This document shows, one piece after another, positions 14,731 to 28,175 of a stretch of 64,000 nucleotides of DNA (positions within the stretch are counted from its first letter, which is position 1; each line of letters starts with the position of its first letter). The translations under genes were made by a program, and so were the position numbers. The DNA is from Octopus sinensis (Eukaryota). The stretch spans positions 4,526,001-4,590,000 of the forward strand of contig NC_043002.1 in assembly GCF_006345805.1 (NCBI RefSeq), given 5' to 3'. A model generated the notes under the pieces. The model saw only the letters and a program-made list of their open reading frames with translations, searched no databases and had not been told where the DNA came from.

Positions 14731-15553
14731 ACGTCCTTTTGGTGTCCTGTACTCATATATGCGTGTATATGTACATGTAGAGGTAGGTACGTACATATAT
14801 GTTTATATATATGCATATGTTTTATTTCATTTATTAATATATTATATGATGAAACGCACGCACCCCCTTATTTAAGATTGTTCTTTATATCAAGTTTTTG
14901 TTCTTGATATTAACTCTCACGCACACTCAACCTTTCTGTCCCATCCCTTTCTCAGCCTTCATTCTTTGTTTTCCTTTTCCTCTACTTAACCTGTCTCTTC
15001 CTCTCTCTCATTCTTCACTCTCTCTCTCTCCCCCTCTAAATTCTTCATGGTTTCCTCGCAGCCATTCCCCTTCTCCTCTCCCTTTCTCTTGCTCCTCCTC
15101 CCCCCTTCCCGTCGTTCGCCCGCGACGTGACTTCCGCCTTCCCGTCGTTCACCCGCGACGTCACTTCCGCTGCTGTCTTTCTCGCCTGGCTCTTTCAAGG
15201 TAATGGATGACACTCTTTTTTCTCCGCTCGTCGTCCAATAAAAATTCTGCGTTTGCAATACTTTTTTTCGTTCGGCGTCAACAGCCCTTCTTATCTTATT
15301 TTCCTTTACCTGTCTTATACTGTTTACAATTTGCACTGTCGTTACTGTCCTGTTGTTACTATTTTTTACCCCTCTGCGAAAATATCTCAGAATTTTAATT
15401 GATTTGCTTTTCGCAGGAAGGAAAGTTTTCTTGTCAAAGATACGTCCTTTTGGTGTCCTGTACTCATATATGCGAGTATATGTACATGTAGAGGTAGGTA
15501 CGTACATATGTGTTTATATATATGCATATGTTTTATTTTATTTATTAATATAT
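14731..15553 (+). repeat. 112-bp direct repeats (14731-14842, 15442-15553) enclosing a CpG-rich promoter-like core and an intron-like segment
   Basis: The repeats differ at 3 positions. Inside are a 33-bp tandem duplication (15105-15170), a donor CAAG|GTAATG (15200) and an acceptor TTTTCGCAG| (15416). Confidence 0.7.
15157..15170 (-). promoter_or_regulatory. ETS-CRE composite motif GCGGAAGTGACGTC
   Basis: Reverse complement of GACGTCACTTCCGC; a variant copy (GCGGAAGTCACGTC) lies 33 bp upstream. It matches the overlapping ETS/CRE word described in vertebrate promoters; function here is untested. Confidence 0.4.
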
Positions 15554-15631
15554 ATATATATGTATATATATATTATATATATATATAATATATATATATA
15601 TATAATATATATATATATATGTATATATATG

Positions 15632-15686
<55 letters not shown>

Positions 15687-17321
15687 ATATAATATATATA
15701 TAAGGCGCAGGAGTGGCTGTGTGGTAAGAAGCTTGCTTCTCTACCACATGGTCCCAGGTTCAGTCCCACTACGTGGCACCTTCGGCAAGTGTCTTCTACT
15801 ATAGCCTCGGGCCAACCAAAGCTTTGTCAGTGGATTGTGCGTCTGTGTTTGACCTCGCCCACCATCACTTGATAACCTTTGTTAGTGTGTTTACGTCTCC
15901 GTATTCTAGCGGTTCGGCAAAAGAGAGCGATAGAATAAGTCCTAAATTATTTGGTATAAATCAAATTGAGTGTGCTTATTTCTTAGTATTTGAACTGTTA
16001 GAGTTATTTTCGCAATTTATCCAGTACAACCCTGAAACAAGTAAATAGTATTTTCCTAAACAACAGATCCACTTATTTCGGTTAGGGACTTATTAGCTAG
16101 TGTGTGTTTGTGTGTGTGTATATATATATATATAACCTGTCACACAGGCTATCGATTCTGCAACATGTCCCTTGCTTTCACCAGTTTGCTTTGAAGATAA
16201 ATAGAACTGTTTTGTTTTATTTTATTTTCCATTTCATTGGGTTTGTCTCCCCCATTTTTTGCAAATTTTGCAAATTTCTAAGAATAATTTCAGTTTAATG
16301 ATCTTTTTCAACATACTATAGTCTACATCTGTGAAACACAACCGTATGTGTATATATATATATATATGTGTGTGTGAGAGAGAGAAATAGAGGGAGAGAG
16401 CGTGCATGAGAGATGAAATTATATTCATGCATACAAACATGTACTCACAAACGCGCGCGCAAGCACAGACAGACTGACAGACATACACTCACTCACACGC
16501 ACACGCACAAACACACACACATGTATATATAGAGCTCAGCTAAAATTGAATCCAATGACGTAATGTAATAGGCATCTCTCTCTATATATAAACGGCAAAA
16601 TATCTGCCTCTGTGTGTGTGTGTCCTTTATACAAATCCACAATTTTTCAGTAAGAGGGCTTGCACTTTCTGTGGTCATTTAAAGCCGTCCACGGGTGGTC
16701 GTGCACATCTTTACATTCCCCCAGTCACCCCGCAAAGCCATTATCAATCAATAGAAGTGACATTTTGTGAATTTTCTATCCAAAACCCAATCAAAATGCC
16801 CGAAACTTGATACGCCAATTGAATGCCAGCTAGCTGTATGTGATTGGTTGGAGATTTGGACAGTACTCGCGTATATGTGCGCACGCACGCAGCTGTATAT
16901 GCATGCACTAACACTATGATCCGGCGTTGCTGGGTCACAGTGCTAGTATACAATAAGCGCTCAGGTTGGTTTACCACTTAAAACTCCGATTTGAACAGCG
17001 ACAAAAAGAAAAAGTGATGTAGCTGCCTAGAGGTTAATGAGTGGCTTATCAGTGAGCGGTAGATATATACTTGAAAGAGAGAATGAACAGGCAAAACAAT
17101 TGGTATTAATTCAGAGTATGGAATATAAGCATAATTGTAGAGTTATTAGGGTAGAATTGGAGTAGAATGTGTGATATAAATAAGGGAGTAAGAAGGTACG
17201 CAAATCGTTTCTTCGAGATGCTTCTAGAATTGCTGTGGACTATTCCGTCTTCAGAGAGAAAGAACTAAGGGAGACCATTAGTACAGGATATAAGTAGTTA
17301 ACCGTTACATCGTCTTTAACA

Positions 17322-17371
<50 letters not shown>

Positions 17372-17372
17372 G

Positions 17373-17418
<46 letters not shown>

Positions 17419-17448
17419 CTCTATCTATCTACCTTCCTACCTACCTAC

Positions 17449-17536
<88 letters not shown>

Positions 17537-18572
17537 ATGTCAGTCTGTCTGTCTAACTATTTATCTGCGTGTGTGTCTGTGTGTGTGTGTTTGTGTGTGT
17601 GAATATATATATATATATATAATTCATGTGAATTCTTTAGAATTCACTAGAATCTCAATTACTTAACCGTATATATATAATGTTACAAACGCACATATAT
17701 GTATACAAGTACGTACACACGTATTTATGGTTTATGCCTGCGTGCATGCGAGTGTGTGTGCATTACTATACATGTACTTATACATAGTTATGACTATGTA
17801 GCTACCGATATATATAACATCTGATACACAATAAAATGCAAACATAGTTAGGTAAACACTCCAAAAGACACAGCATCACACCATTGTTTGATTCTGATAA
17901 CAAGACTGGGTGGAATTTTATTCCATGTATAACATCAGACGGGAATTAGTAAATGAAAGTGTAATATAGATTAAAACATATATCAGATATACCTATAGTC
18001 ATACCTTCCGACAGACGACACACACACACACATACATACATACATACATACATACATACATACATACATACATACATACATACATACATGCATACATACA
18101 TATATATACATATATACATACATACAAACATACATACATACATATATGCTTATATACATACAGACATACATGCATACATACATATATACATACATACATA
18201 CAAACATACATACATACATACATTCATACATGCATACATACATACATACATACATACATACATACATACATACATACATACATACATACAAACATACATA
18301 CAACATACATACATACATACATTCATACATGCATACATACATACATACATACATACATACATACATACATACATACAAACATACATACAAACATACATAT
18401 ATATATATACACACACTCATGCATATACGTGTGGGGTAGGAATTCGGTGTGTGTGTGTGAGACAGAAGTGCTCTATCTATTATACAAAAGCGAGAGCAAC
18501 GACGATGAGGGTGTTTAGCTGCACCCGGGTGAACTTGTTTACGATACAACCCTGTACACGCTATTCAGGAGT

Positions 18573-18604
<32 letters not shown>

Positions 18605-19111
18605 TGTATGTATGTATGTATGTATGTATGTATGTATGTATGTAGTATGTATGTATGTATGTGTGTGTGTATGTATGTATGTATGTATGCATGTATGTAT
18701 GTATGTATGCATGTGTGTATGTATGTGTGTATGTATGTATGTATGTATGTATGTATGTGTGTATGTATGTATGTGTGTATGTATGTATGTGTGTATGTAT
18801 GTATGTATGTATGTATATATGTATGTATGTGTATATGTGCGTGTATATATATATGTATATGTGCGTGAATATAAATATACATCCGTTGTGTGCGGAAGAA
18901 GCAGCATTAGACTGAAATAGTTACATGTATATCATACTTAATGCAAATAAATCGCGAAAGGCAGATTTACCGCAATATTCGTCCTTCTGTTGCGTTTAAA
19001 AACACAAATATTTCAACAACGAACGTGCATCATCCAATAGCGACGGCGATGAAGAAGATGCGCATTTCTACATCTCTGTATTTTTTTAGGCGTGACACTT
19101 ATTCAATCGTC

Positions 19112-19950
19112 AAGTACCAGTTACGCACTGGGGTCCATATAATCGACTTAATCCGTTTGTCTGTCCTTGTTTGTCCCTTCCGTGTTTAGCCCCTTGTGGG
19201 TAGTAAAGAAATAGGTATTTCGTCTGCTGTGACGTTCTGAGTTCAAATTCCGCCGAGGTCGAATTTGCTTTTCATTCTTTCGGGGTGGATAAATTAAGTA
19301 CCAGTTACGCACTGGGGTCCATATAATCGACTTAATCCGTTTGTCTGTCCTTGTTTGTCCCTTCTGTGTTTAGCCCCTTGTGGGTAGTAAAGAAATAGGT
19401 ATTTCGTCTGCTGTGACGTTCTGAATTCAAATTCCGCCGAGGTCGACTTTGCTTTTCATTCTTTCGGGGTGGATAAATTAAGTACCAGTTACGCACTGGG
19501 GTCCATATAATCGACTTAATCCGTTTGTCTGTCTTTGTTTGTCCCTTCTGTGTTTAGCCCCTTGTGGGTAGTAAAGAAATAGGTATTTCGTCTGCTGTGA
19601 CGTTCTGAGTTCAAATTCCGCCGAGGTCGACTTTGCTTTTCATTCTTTCGGGGTGGATAAATTAAGTACCAGTTACGCACTGGGGTCCATATAATCGACT
19701 TAATCCGTTTGTCTGTCCTTGTTTGTCCCCTCTGTGTTTAGCCCCTTGTGGGTAGTAAAGAAATTGGTATTTTGTCTGCTGTGACGCTCTGAGTTCAAAT
19801 TCCGCCGAGGTCGACTTTGCCTTTCATCCATTCGGGGTCGATAAATTAAGTACCAGTTACGCACTGGGGTCGATGTAATCGACTTAATCCCTTTGTCTGT
19901 CCTTGTTTGTCCCCTCTATGTTTAGCGCTTTGTGGGCAATAAAGAAATAA
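19112..19950 (+). repeat. Tandem array of a 184-bp SINE1-derived unit (~4.5 copies)
   Basis: AAGTACCAG recurs at 19112, 19296, 19480, 19664 and 19848 (exact 184-bp period). Each unit is B-box + central domain + tail, lacking the A-box head. Confidence 0.92.
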
Positions 19951-20720
19951 GGAACGTTAGCACGCCGGGGAAAATGCTTCGCGGTATTTCGTCTGTCATT
20001 ATGTTCTGAGTTCAAATAGCGCCGAGATCGAGCTGCCTTTTATCCTTTCGGGGTCGATAAATATAGTACCAGTCGCGTGCTGGAGTGGATGTAATAGACT
20101 GGCCCCCTGCCTCCAAATTTCGTGCCCTGTGCCTGGAGTAGAAAACAATATTTACACGCTATTATCTACAATATTTTCGGCTTCGAGATCCACTGTTCAA
20201 AAAAAAAAAAAACAAAAAGAAAAGAAACAGATATATATGTATGTATATATTTCCATCTAGAATAGGCACCCAGTACTTTAACGGTTTGTGTCTCAAAGGT
20301 TCAAAGCTATTCAAAATTTTTCCCAAACAGCCTCGGAAATTTGCAATGTGCAGATGTTAAGGTCATGAGAGAGTGTTTGAACAAATCTTTGTCTGTGTTT
20401 GAACAAATCCACATCACGGCAGCGGGCAGAAACGGGCAGCTGAGGCCAACGCACCACTTCGCCAAAAACAACACAGAAAAGAAACCGAATCTCACTGAAA
20501 GGTGGTGGTAGCCAACATGAAGTTAGTATCTGGCTGAAACCGGTAACACAATACAACAAAAACAAACAAAAAAGGAATATGTGCGTGTTTTATGTATACA
20601 TATATACACACACACATACACATACATACATTGCAAAGTATATATATATATATATATATATTATGTGTGTGTGTGTGTGTGTATGTATATATATATATAC
20701 ATACATACATACATACATAA

Positions 20721-20807
<87 letters not shown>

Positions 20808-20808
<1 letters not shown>

Positions 20809-21182
20809 GAGGCGCAATGGCCCAGTGGTAGGGCAGCGGACTCGTGGTCGTAGGATCGCGGTTTCGATTCCAGACCGGCGTTGTGAGTGTTTATCGAGCG
20901 AAAACACCTAAAAGCCCGAGGCTCCGGCAGTGGATGGTGGTGATCCCTGCTGTACTCTTTCACCACAACTTTCTCTCACTCTTACTTCCTGTTTCTGTTG
21001 TACCTGTATTTCAAAGGGCCGGCCTTGTCACTATCTGTGTCACGCTGAATATCTCCGAGAATTACGTTAAGGGTACACGTGTCTGTGGAGTGCTCAGCCA
21101 CTTACACGTTAATTTCACGAGCAGGCTGTTCCGTTGATCGGATCAACCGGAACCCTCGTCGTCGTCGTAACCGACGGAGTGC
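20808..21182 (+). mobile_element. SINE family 3 copy, tail variant B
   Basis: tRNA-like head GGAGGCGCAATGGCCCAGTGGTAGGGCAGCGGACTC...GGTTTCGATTCC shared with 37242 and 62676(-); the 3' half differs from those copies. Confidence 0.8.
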
Positions 21183-21192
21183 TTCATATATA

Positions 21193-21257
<65 letters not shown>

Positions 21258-21401
21258 CACTTATCTATCTATTTATCTGTCTATAAATACATATGAAAAC
21301 ATATTTCTATCATGTATTTAGGTGTGCTTGTATGATTGCGCGCGATTTTATATATATATATATATACACTTTGCAATGTATGTATGCATGTATGTGTGTG
21401 T

Positions 21402-21446
<45 letters not shown>

Positions 21447-21736
21447 CAGGCATAGATAGTACCGAAAATCAATAAGACGTCGATCAATGATCGTGTTTAA
21501 ATATGGTGAAGTATCTGATAATAACAGCGACTGGCAAATATGTGTTGTTTCATGTGGTTTGTCACATATCAGCGACCGCAAATCTAATCTGTTGTCGCAT
21601 TGACAATACAAAGATGGCGTCTCAATATGGCTGACTGACGTACAAGAACCAAAAACCAAATCTCACAAAAATTACCATGTCCATCAGAAATATGCAATAT
21701 TGCAATATAGCGTTGGGTGATATAGTTGTGGATATA

Positions 21737-22314
21737 CAGGGTGTCCATAAAATCTCTTTACAATTTAAAAAAATTATTACAAAGGCAGTTGATGAGATAT
21801 TTTAACCAGATTTATTTTATTTTAATAACTGTTTATTAAAATTTTAATTGATATTAATTTTTTGTGTTGCAGATACTCTCTTGCTGGAAGAGAACTGATT
21901 CACTGAATCAGTTCGTCAATCAAACATTTCCAGACCGATGGATTGAAAGGGATGGGCCAATTCCATGGTCACCGCGTTCGCCAGATATCACTCCCTTTGA
22001 CATCTTTTTATGGTGTTATGTAAAAGATATCGTGTATCAAACAAAGCTACGGGACATTGCTGAATTGAAGCAAATGATTCGTAATGCCATTGCCACAGTT
22101 GATGAGGCTATCCTACAGCGAACATGGCAAGAAATCAAGTACCGTCTTGATGTTCTTCGTGCAACTAATGGTACCCATATTGAGTTCTATTAAATAACAG
22201 TTAAAGAAACTTTAATAAACAATTATTACAATAAAACAAATCTGGTTCAGATATCTTGTCAACTGCCTTTGTAACAAAATTTTAAAATTGTAAAGAGTCT
22301 TTATGGACACCCTA
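21737..22314 (+). mobile_element. Internally deleted rosa-like (DD40/41D group) Tc1/mariner element with ~105-bp TIRs
   Basis: TA-flanked CAGGGTGTCCATAAA...TTTATGGACACCCTA with ~105-bp imperfect inverted repeats. The internal ORF keeps only the C-terminus WSPRSPDITPFDIFLWCYVKDIVY...TNGTHIEFY*. Confidence 0.85.
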
Positions 22315-22636
22315 TATTTAATCTGTAAAAAATACTATGAGAACGGTTTGAATCCTTTAATAATTAATTCTGTTGGATTAGCGCTGTCCTATGGCTATCG
22401 GAAAAGAGCAATCACAAGAACACACATATTACTGTTTTTGTTATTTTTTATTTATTTTTGTTGTATATATGTATATATATATATGGATTAATGTTTGTTT
22501 TATATATGTATGTATATATATCTATATACATACACACACACACACACACACACATATATTAATAACAATTTTACATTAAAATGAAAGATTACACAATCTC
22601 TTTTGTAGAGTACATATGTGTTATACTGTCAACACG

Positions 22637-22687
<51 letters not shown>

Positions 22688-22704
22688 GATATATATATAT
22701 ATAT

Positions 22705-22744
<40 letters not shown>

Positions 22745-22766
22745 GTGTGTGTGTGGTGTGTTGTGT

Positions 22767-22904
22767 GTAGTTGAAATTTAGAGAAAACAAAAGGCGATGA
22801 CAGATGAAGGAACAACAGGTGTGTTAGCTTAACGCTCGGGAAGAACCTATACTCTTCGACAGAAAGGATTAAAAGGAAAAAAAAAGCGAAGAAAAAATGC
22901 ATGT

Positions 22905-22947
<43 letters not shown>

Positions 22948-23123
22948 ATATATATATGATATATTATATGTATATATATATTATATAATATAATACACGT
23001 ATATATATATATAAATTTAAAATAATAAGGGTAAAAAATGAGATATTTATTTGATTAATACAATTTAAAACCAGTGGTCTAGCATTTTAAAATCTGTATG
23101 TATATGTATATGTATGTATTGTA

Positions 23124-23159
<36 letters not shown>

Positions 23160-23300
23160 AGTTGAAATTTAGAAAAACAAAAGGCGATGACAGATGAAGG
23201 AACAACAGGTGTGTTAGCTTAACGCTCGGGAAGAACCTATACTCTTCGACAGATAGAAAGGATTAAAAGAAAAAAAAAAGCGAAGAAAAAATGCATGTAG

Positions 23301-23356
<56 letters not shown>

Positions 23357-23358
23357 TA

Positions 23359-23390
<32 letters not shown>

Positions 23391-23514
23391 CACGTATATA
23401 ATATATAAATTTAAAATAATAAGGGTAAAAATTGAATATTTTATTTGATTAATATCAATTAAAACCAGTGGTCTAGCATTTTAAAATCTGTATGTATATG
23501 TATATGTATGTATG

Positions 23515-23553
<39 letters not shown>

Positions 23554-23702
23554 AGTTGAAATTTAGAAAAACAAAAGGCGATGACAGATGAAGGAACAAC
23601 AGGTGTGTTAGCTTAACGCTCGGGAAGAACCTATACTCTTCGACAGAAAGGATTAAAAGGAAAAAAAAAGCGAAGAAAAAATGCATGTAGAATATATATA
23701 TA

Positions 23703-23776
<74 letters not shown>

Positions 23777-23793
23777 TATATATTATATATATG

Positions 23794-23828
<35 letters not shown>

Positions 23829-23924
23829 CACGTATATATATATAAATTTAAAATAATAAGGGTAAAAATTGAATATTTTATTTGATTAATATCAATTTAA
23901 AACCAGTGGTCTAGCATTTTAAAA
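22767..23924. repeat. Three-copy tandem duplication of a ~390-bp unit
   Basis: GTAGTTGAAATTT starts at 22767, 23158 and 23552; each unit ends CTAGCATTTTAAAA (23092, 23486, 23924). Copies differ mainly in TA-run length. Confidence 0.9.
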
Positions 23925-24033
23925 TATGAAGATCAGAAAAATTATATTACATACATATAAGAGGGATGCACTACGTGGTCTAGCATATGGATGTCCACGT
24001 AGTGGTAGTGGTCATCCCTCTTATATGTATATG

Positions 24034-24084
<51 letters not shown>

Positions 24085-24495
24085 ATGTATATAGATATAT
24101 ATATACATACATATATATAAATGTATATGTATATATATGTATATACACATTTCGGCTGAAAGGACAAGCGAAATATAATGGCACTCAATCTCAATGCATT
24201 TGGTAGGTGTTATATTTATAATGACAATTTGATTGAGTTTCATGCAACTTAAGGTTACAGCTTCGCGAAACGAACCTAAATCCTTCAACTCGCAGAATCG
24301 AATGGAGAAGAAACCAAGATAGCTTCTGGGTATTGGGTAGCTGTTGGTCAACGAAGGTCAGTTGATGTCATCAATTTGGTAGAGGACATCAGTCATCGTT
24401 CAGAATTCCTGGGACGTAGTCCTAGGACGAGATGTCTGTGGCGACACACTCACGTGGGCAACGGCTTCGGTTTGCTTGCGATAGCACTTTACTGA

Positions 24496-24539
<44 letters not shown>

Positions 24540-25189
24540 TGTGTGTGTCTACTTGGGCACGTGTTCTACGAACCTATTGGGTTTGATTTGCATTTTTGCA
24601 TGGAGTCGAATCAAACTGTTGTATATATTCATAGACAACTTCGATTTACGGAGGCGCTATACATGTGTGTATGTGTGTGTGTGTGTGTATACATTTACAC
24701 ACTCACCCGCATATGTATGTCAGTGAGTGTATATATATGGACGGACACACACACACACACACACACGCATATATTATAGCGCTATTGATAATCGAAGATG
24801 GCTCTGAATCGGTGCATGTATATGTAGGACTGTGCAAGATTTTGAGAAAGATTGCCAGTTGCCTGGGCGTATTTTCTGTCTGCGCTACAAATATTTTTCC
24901 AAGGGAAAGCCCGCCGACATGGGTCGATACAACCTGGCTTTTGTGTCCTTACAGACGTTCCTGTCAGGGCGCAAACAACGGGGACTGCTGTAGCGAGGCA
25001 TCTCTCCGAACAGCGAAATAGTTCTGTCAACCCACCGTCCTGTATTCTTACTTTTCTATCGATCCAAAAAGGATGGAAAATAAAATTGAACCCAGCGGGA
25101 TTTGAACTCAGACAGGGAAAAAGTACTGGACAGAAAACGTTTTGCCCAGAGCGCTAACAGCTCTGCTAATTAAGCATCTAATTGCAACT

Positions 25190-26000
25190 GCGTTAAGTCA
25201 TCGGTTGTTGTCAGAGATGACCACCGGGAAGATCATGTTATGATGATGATAAGGAGGACGATGACGACGGCGATGACGACGACGACTACGACCATCACCA
25301 CCACCACCACAGCCACAACCAACGCCACAACCACCACAAGCAACCACAGTCGCCTCGACCGCCACCACAAACCACCACCACAGTGATGATAGCACTCTTG
25401 ATGGCACTGTTGATGCGTCGTGGCTGTTGCCCTTGCCTCGGATCATCATCATCATCATCATCTTCATTTTCTTCTTCTTAATGATGGTGATAATGATGAT
25501 GGTGTTGGTTATGATGGTGTTGGTGATGACGATGATGATGATAATGATGATGCTGATGATGATGGTGGTGGTGGTGAAGATGATGATGTTGGTGATGATG
25601 GTGTTGGTGATGATGGTGTTGATGATGGTGATGGTGATGATGATGATGGTGGTGGTGGTGAAGATGATGATGTTGGTGATGATGGTGTGGTGATGATGGT
25701 GTTGATGATGGTGATGGTGATGATGATGATGACGACGACGACGACGACGATGATGATGATGATGATGGCGATGGTGTTGGTGATGATGATGATGATGATG
25801 ATGATGGTGTTGGTTATGATGGTGTTGGTGATGATGATGATGATGATGACACTGTCGATGAGAACAATGGCAACAACGAATGCAACAGTAATTACGATGA
25901 AAACAACAGTGGTGATGACGACGGCGATGCAGATAAAGACGATCGCTATGACAACAATGACGATCATAATGATTATGATTATGATTATGATGTCTCGTTA
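25190..26000. repeat. Compound trinucleotide (GAT/GGT/CAC) low-complexity tract
   Basis: Direct observation; source of the poly-D/M/V ORFs. Similar tracts at 42540-42980, 44110-44790, 54600-55200 and 60260-60420. Confidence 0.95.
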
Positions 26001-26395
26001 TTGCTGTTTATTTTTCTGCCTTTTGAAGTCATTCCTAATTAGAAGTGAATAAAAACCACCTGTTTCCCTCCCTCTTTATCATTATTACTCACCACACGTT
26101 TATACACACACACACACACGCCCAGACACATACCGTTACATACCTACATACCTATATAAATACATATATTCTTTTATTCTTGTATTTTTTCAGTTGCTTC
26201 TGTCATTGGCCTGGGCCATGCTGGGGCACCACCTTCGAATTTCTAGTCTATTAAATCCACCCTAATGTATATTTTCAAGTCTAGTACAAATTCTGTTCTC
26301 CGCTTTTTACCGAAATTTACGTTATTGACTCGTAATCAAACGCAAACATACACAGACATTGACATACACAGCCAGACACACAAACGCACACACAC

Positions 26396-26534
<139 letters not shown>

Positions 26535-27611
26535 GTCTCTCTATCCATCTATCTGCCTATCTACCTATCTAGATGTAGATGTAAAATCATGTAGATGTGA
26601 TTCTTAACCACAGAGCCACGCCTGTGTACGTTTGACAGATTAACATTTAGGCTGGCTTTGCACATGAAACCCTTTGTTTGTTCCACAAGGGTTCTATTTG
26701 GAACGGACGGGAGATCATCTCGCCTAAATCCACCTGGTCATTACTGGCTCCTCGTGGGAATTCTTACTATATATATTTAGAGAAAGAACCAGTGTCTTAC
26801 AACTCCTTGAAAAAATGCTGTGAATAAGAGACACCAGTCTTGCTCGTGTTTGTATTGATACAATTGCTGGCCATTCATATCTCTGCTCTTTTTCTTGCTT
26901 CAGTTATTGGACTGCGGCCATACTGGAGCACTGCAGTGAAAAGTTGAGTCGAACAAGTGGATCTCAGTAAGCAAAACCACATGTTTCCAAGCGAGCTCCT
27001 TAACTATACACAGCCATACCTATTTCTTTACTACATACAAGGGGCTGAACACAGAGGGGACAAACAAGGACAGACAAACGGATTAAGTCGATTACATCAA
27101 CCTCAGTGCGTAACTGGTACTTAATTTATCGACCCCGAAAGGATGAAAGGCAAAGTCGACCTCGGCGGAATTTGAACTCAGCGGTGGACGAAATACGGCA
27201 AAGCATTTCACCCGGCGTATACCACTTTTCCACAGTGCATGCCAGTAATTGGTTTGGATACCCGCGATTTCTTTGAGCGGCGCCTCGAGTAAATTCCTTT
27301 ATAATCTCGAGTCACACAAAATCTTGTGAAATTTTGGTAGATGAATGACATTACAACAGCTTCGGGAGAAAGTCGTTATCAAGTGTGATCACACAGGACA
27401 GCACGTTCTGTGGAAAAGGCTGTAGTCTCATCATTCATATAAACAAATGAATCCTCCCTGCTTTTGCTTTATGTAATATCTTTTCAATACCACCTTGGCC
27501 GAAGTAGACTTCATTTACTCCTTCCAAGGAAGAGCCCATACATACATACATTCAGACATGCATACATACATACATACATACATAATACATACATACATAC
27601 ATGCATGCATG

Positions 27612-27649
<38 letters not shown>

Positions 27650-27765
27650 ATGCATTTTTTCTCTCTCTAGTTTCAGCTCAGAGGTGCGGCCATGCTGATG
27701 CTCCGCAGTTGTATATATACATATATAAATATATGTATGCATAAATCTCTCTCTCTGTCTCTCAT

Positions 27766-27798
<33 letters not shown>

Positions 27799-27832
27799 TC
27801 TCTCTCTCTCTCTCTATATATATATACATATA

Positions 27833-27880
<48 letters not shown>

Positions 27881-28134
27881 CATATATATATATATATATG
27901 TGTGTATGCGTGTATGCGTGTGTGTGCATAAATATTTATGCGTGTGCGTGTATGTGTTTGTGTGTGGTTATATATACGCTTATATATACTCTCGCGCACA
28001 CACACACAGACACACACAGACACACAAGCACACAAATGTACACTTATATTTATATAAACAATAAACACGGAAGTTTTCAAGTTATTGACATACACTGTCA
28101 CGTTGGATTTGTTGTAATCAAATTGAAACGTTTA

Positions 28135-28175
<41 letters not shown>

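Noticed and set aside
24280-24490. 70-codon stop-free frame in a unique island
   Set aside because: No start codon, domain or clear splice sites; expected by chance.
25420-26052. Acidic poly-D and poly-M ORFs of up to 210 aa
   Set aside because: GAT/GGT trinucleotide tract that is open in several frames on both strands.
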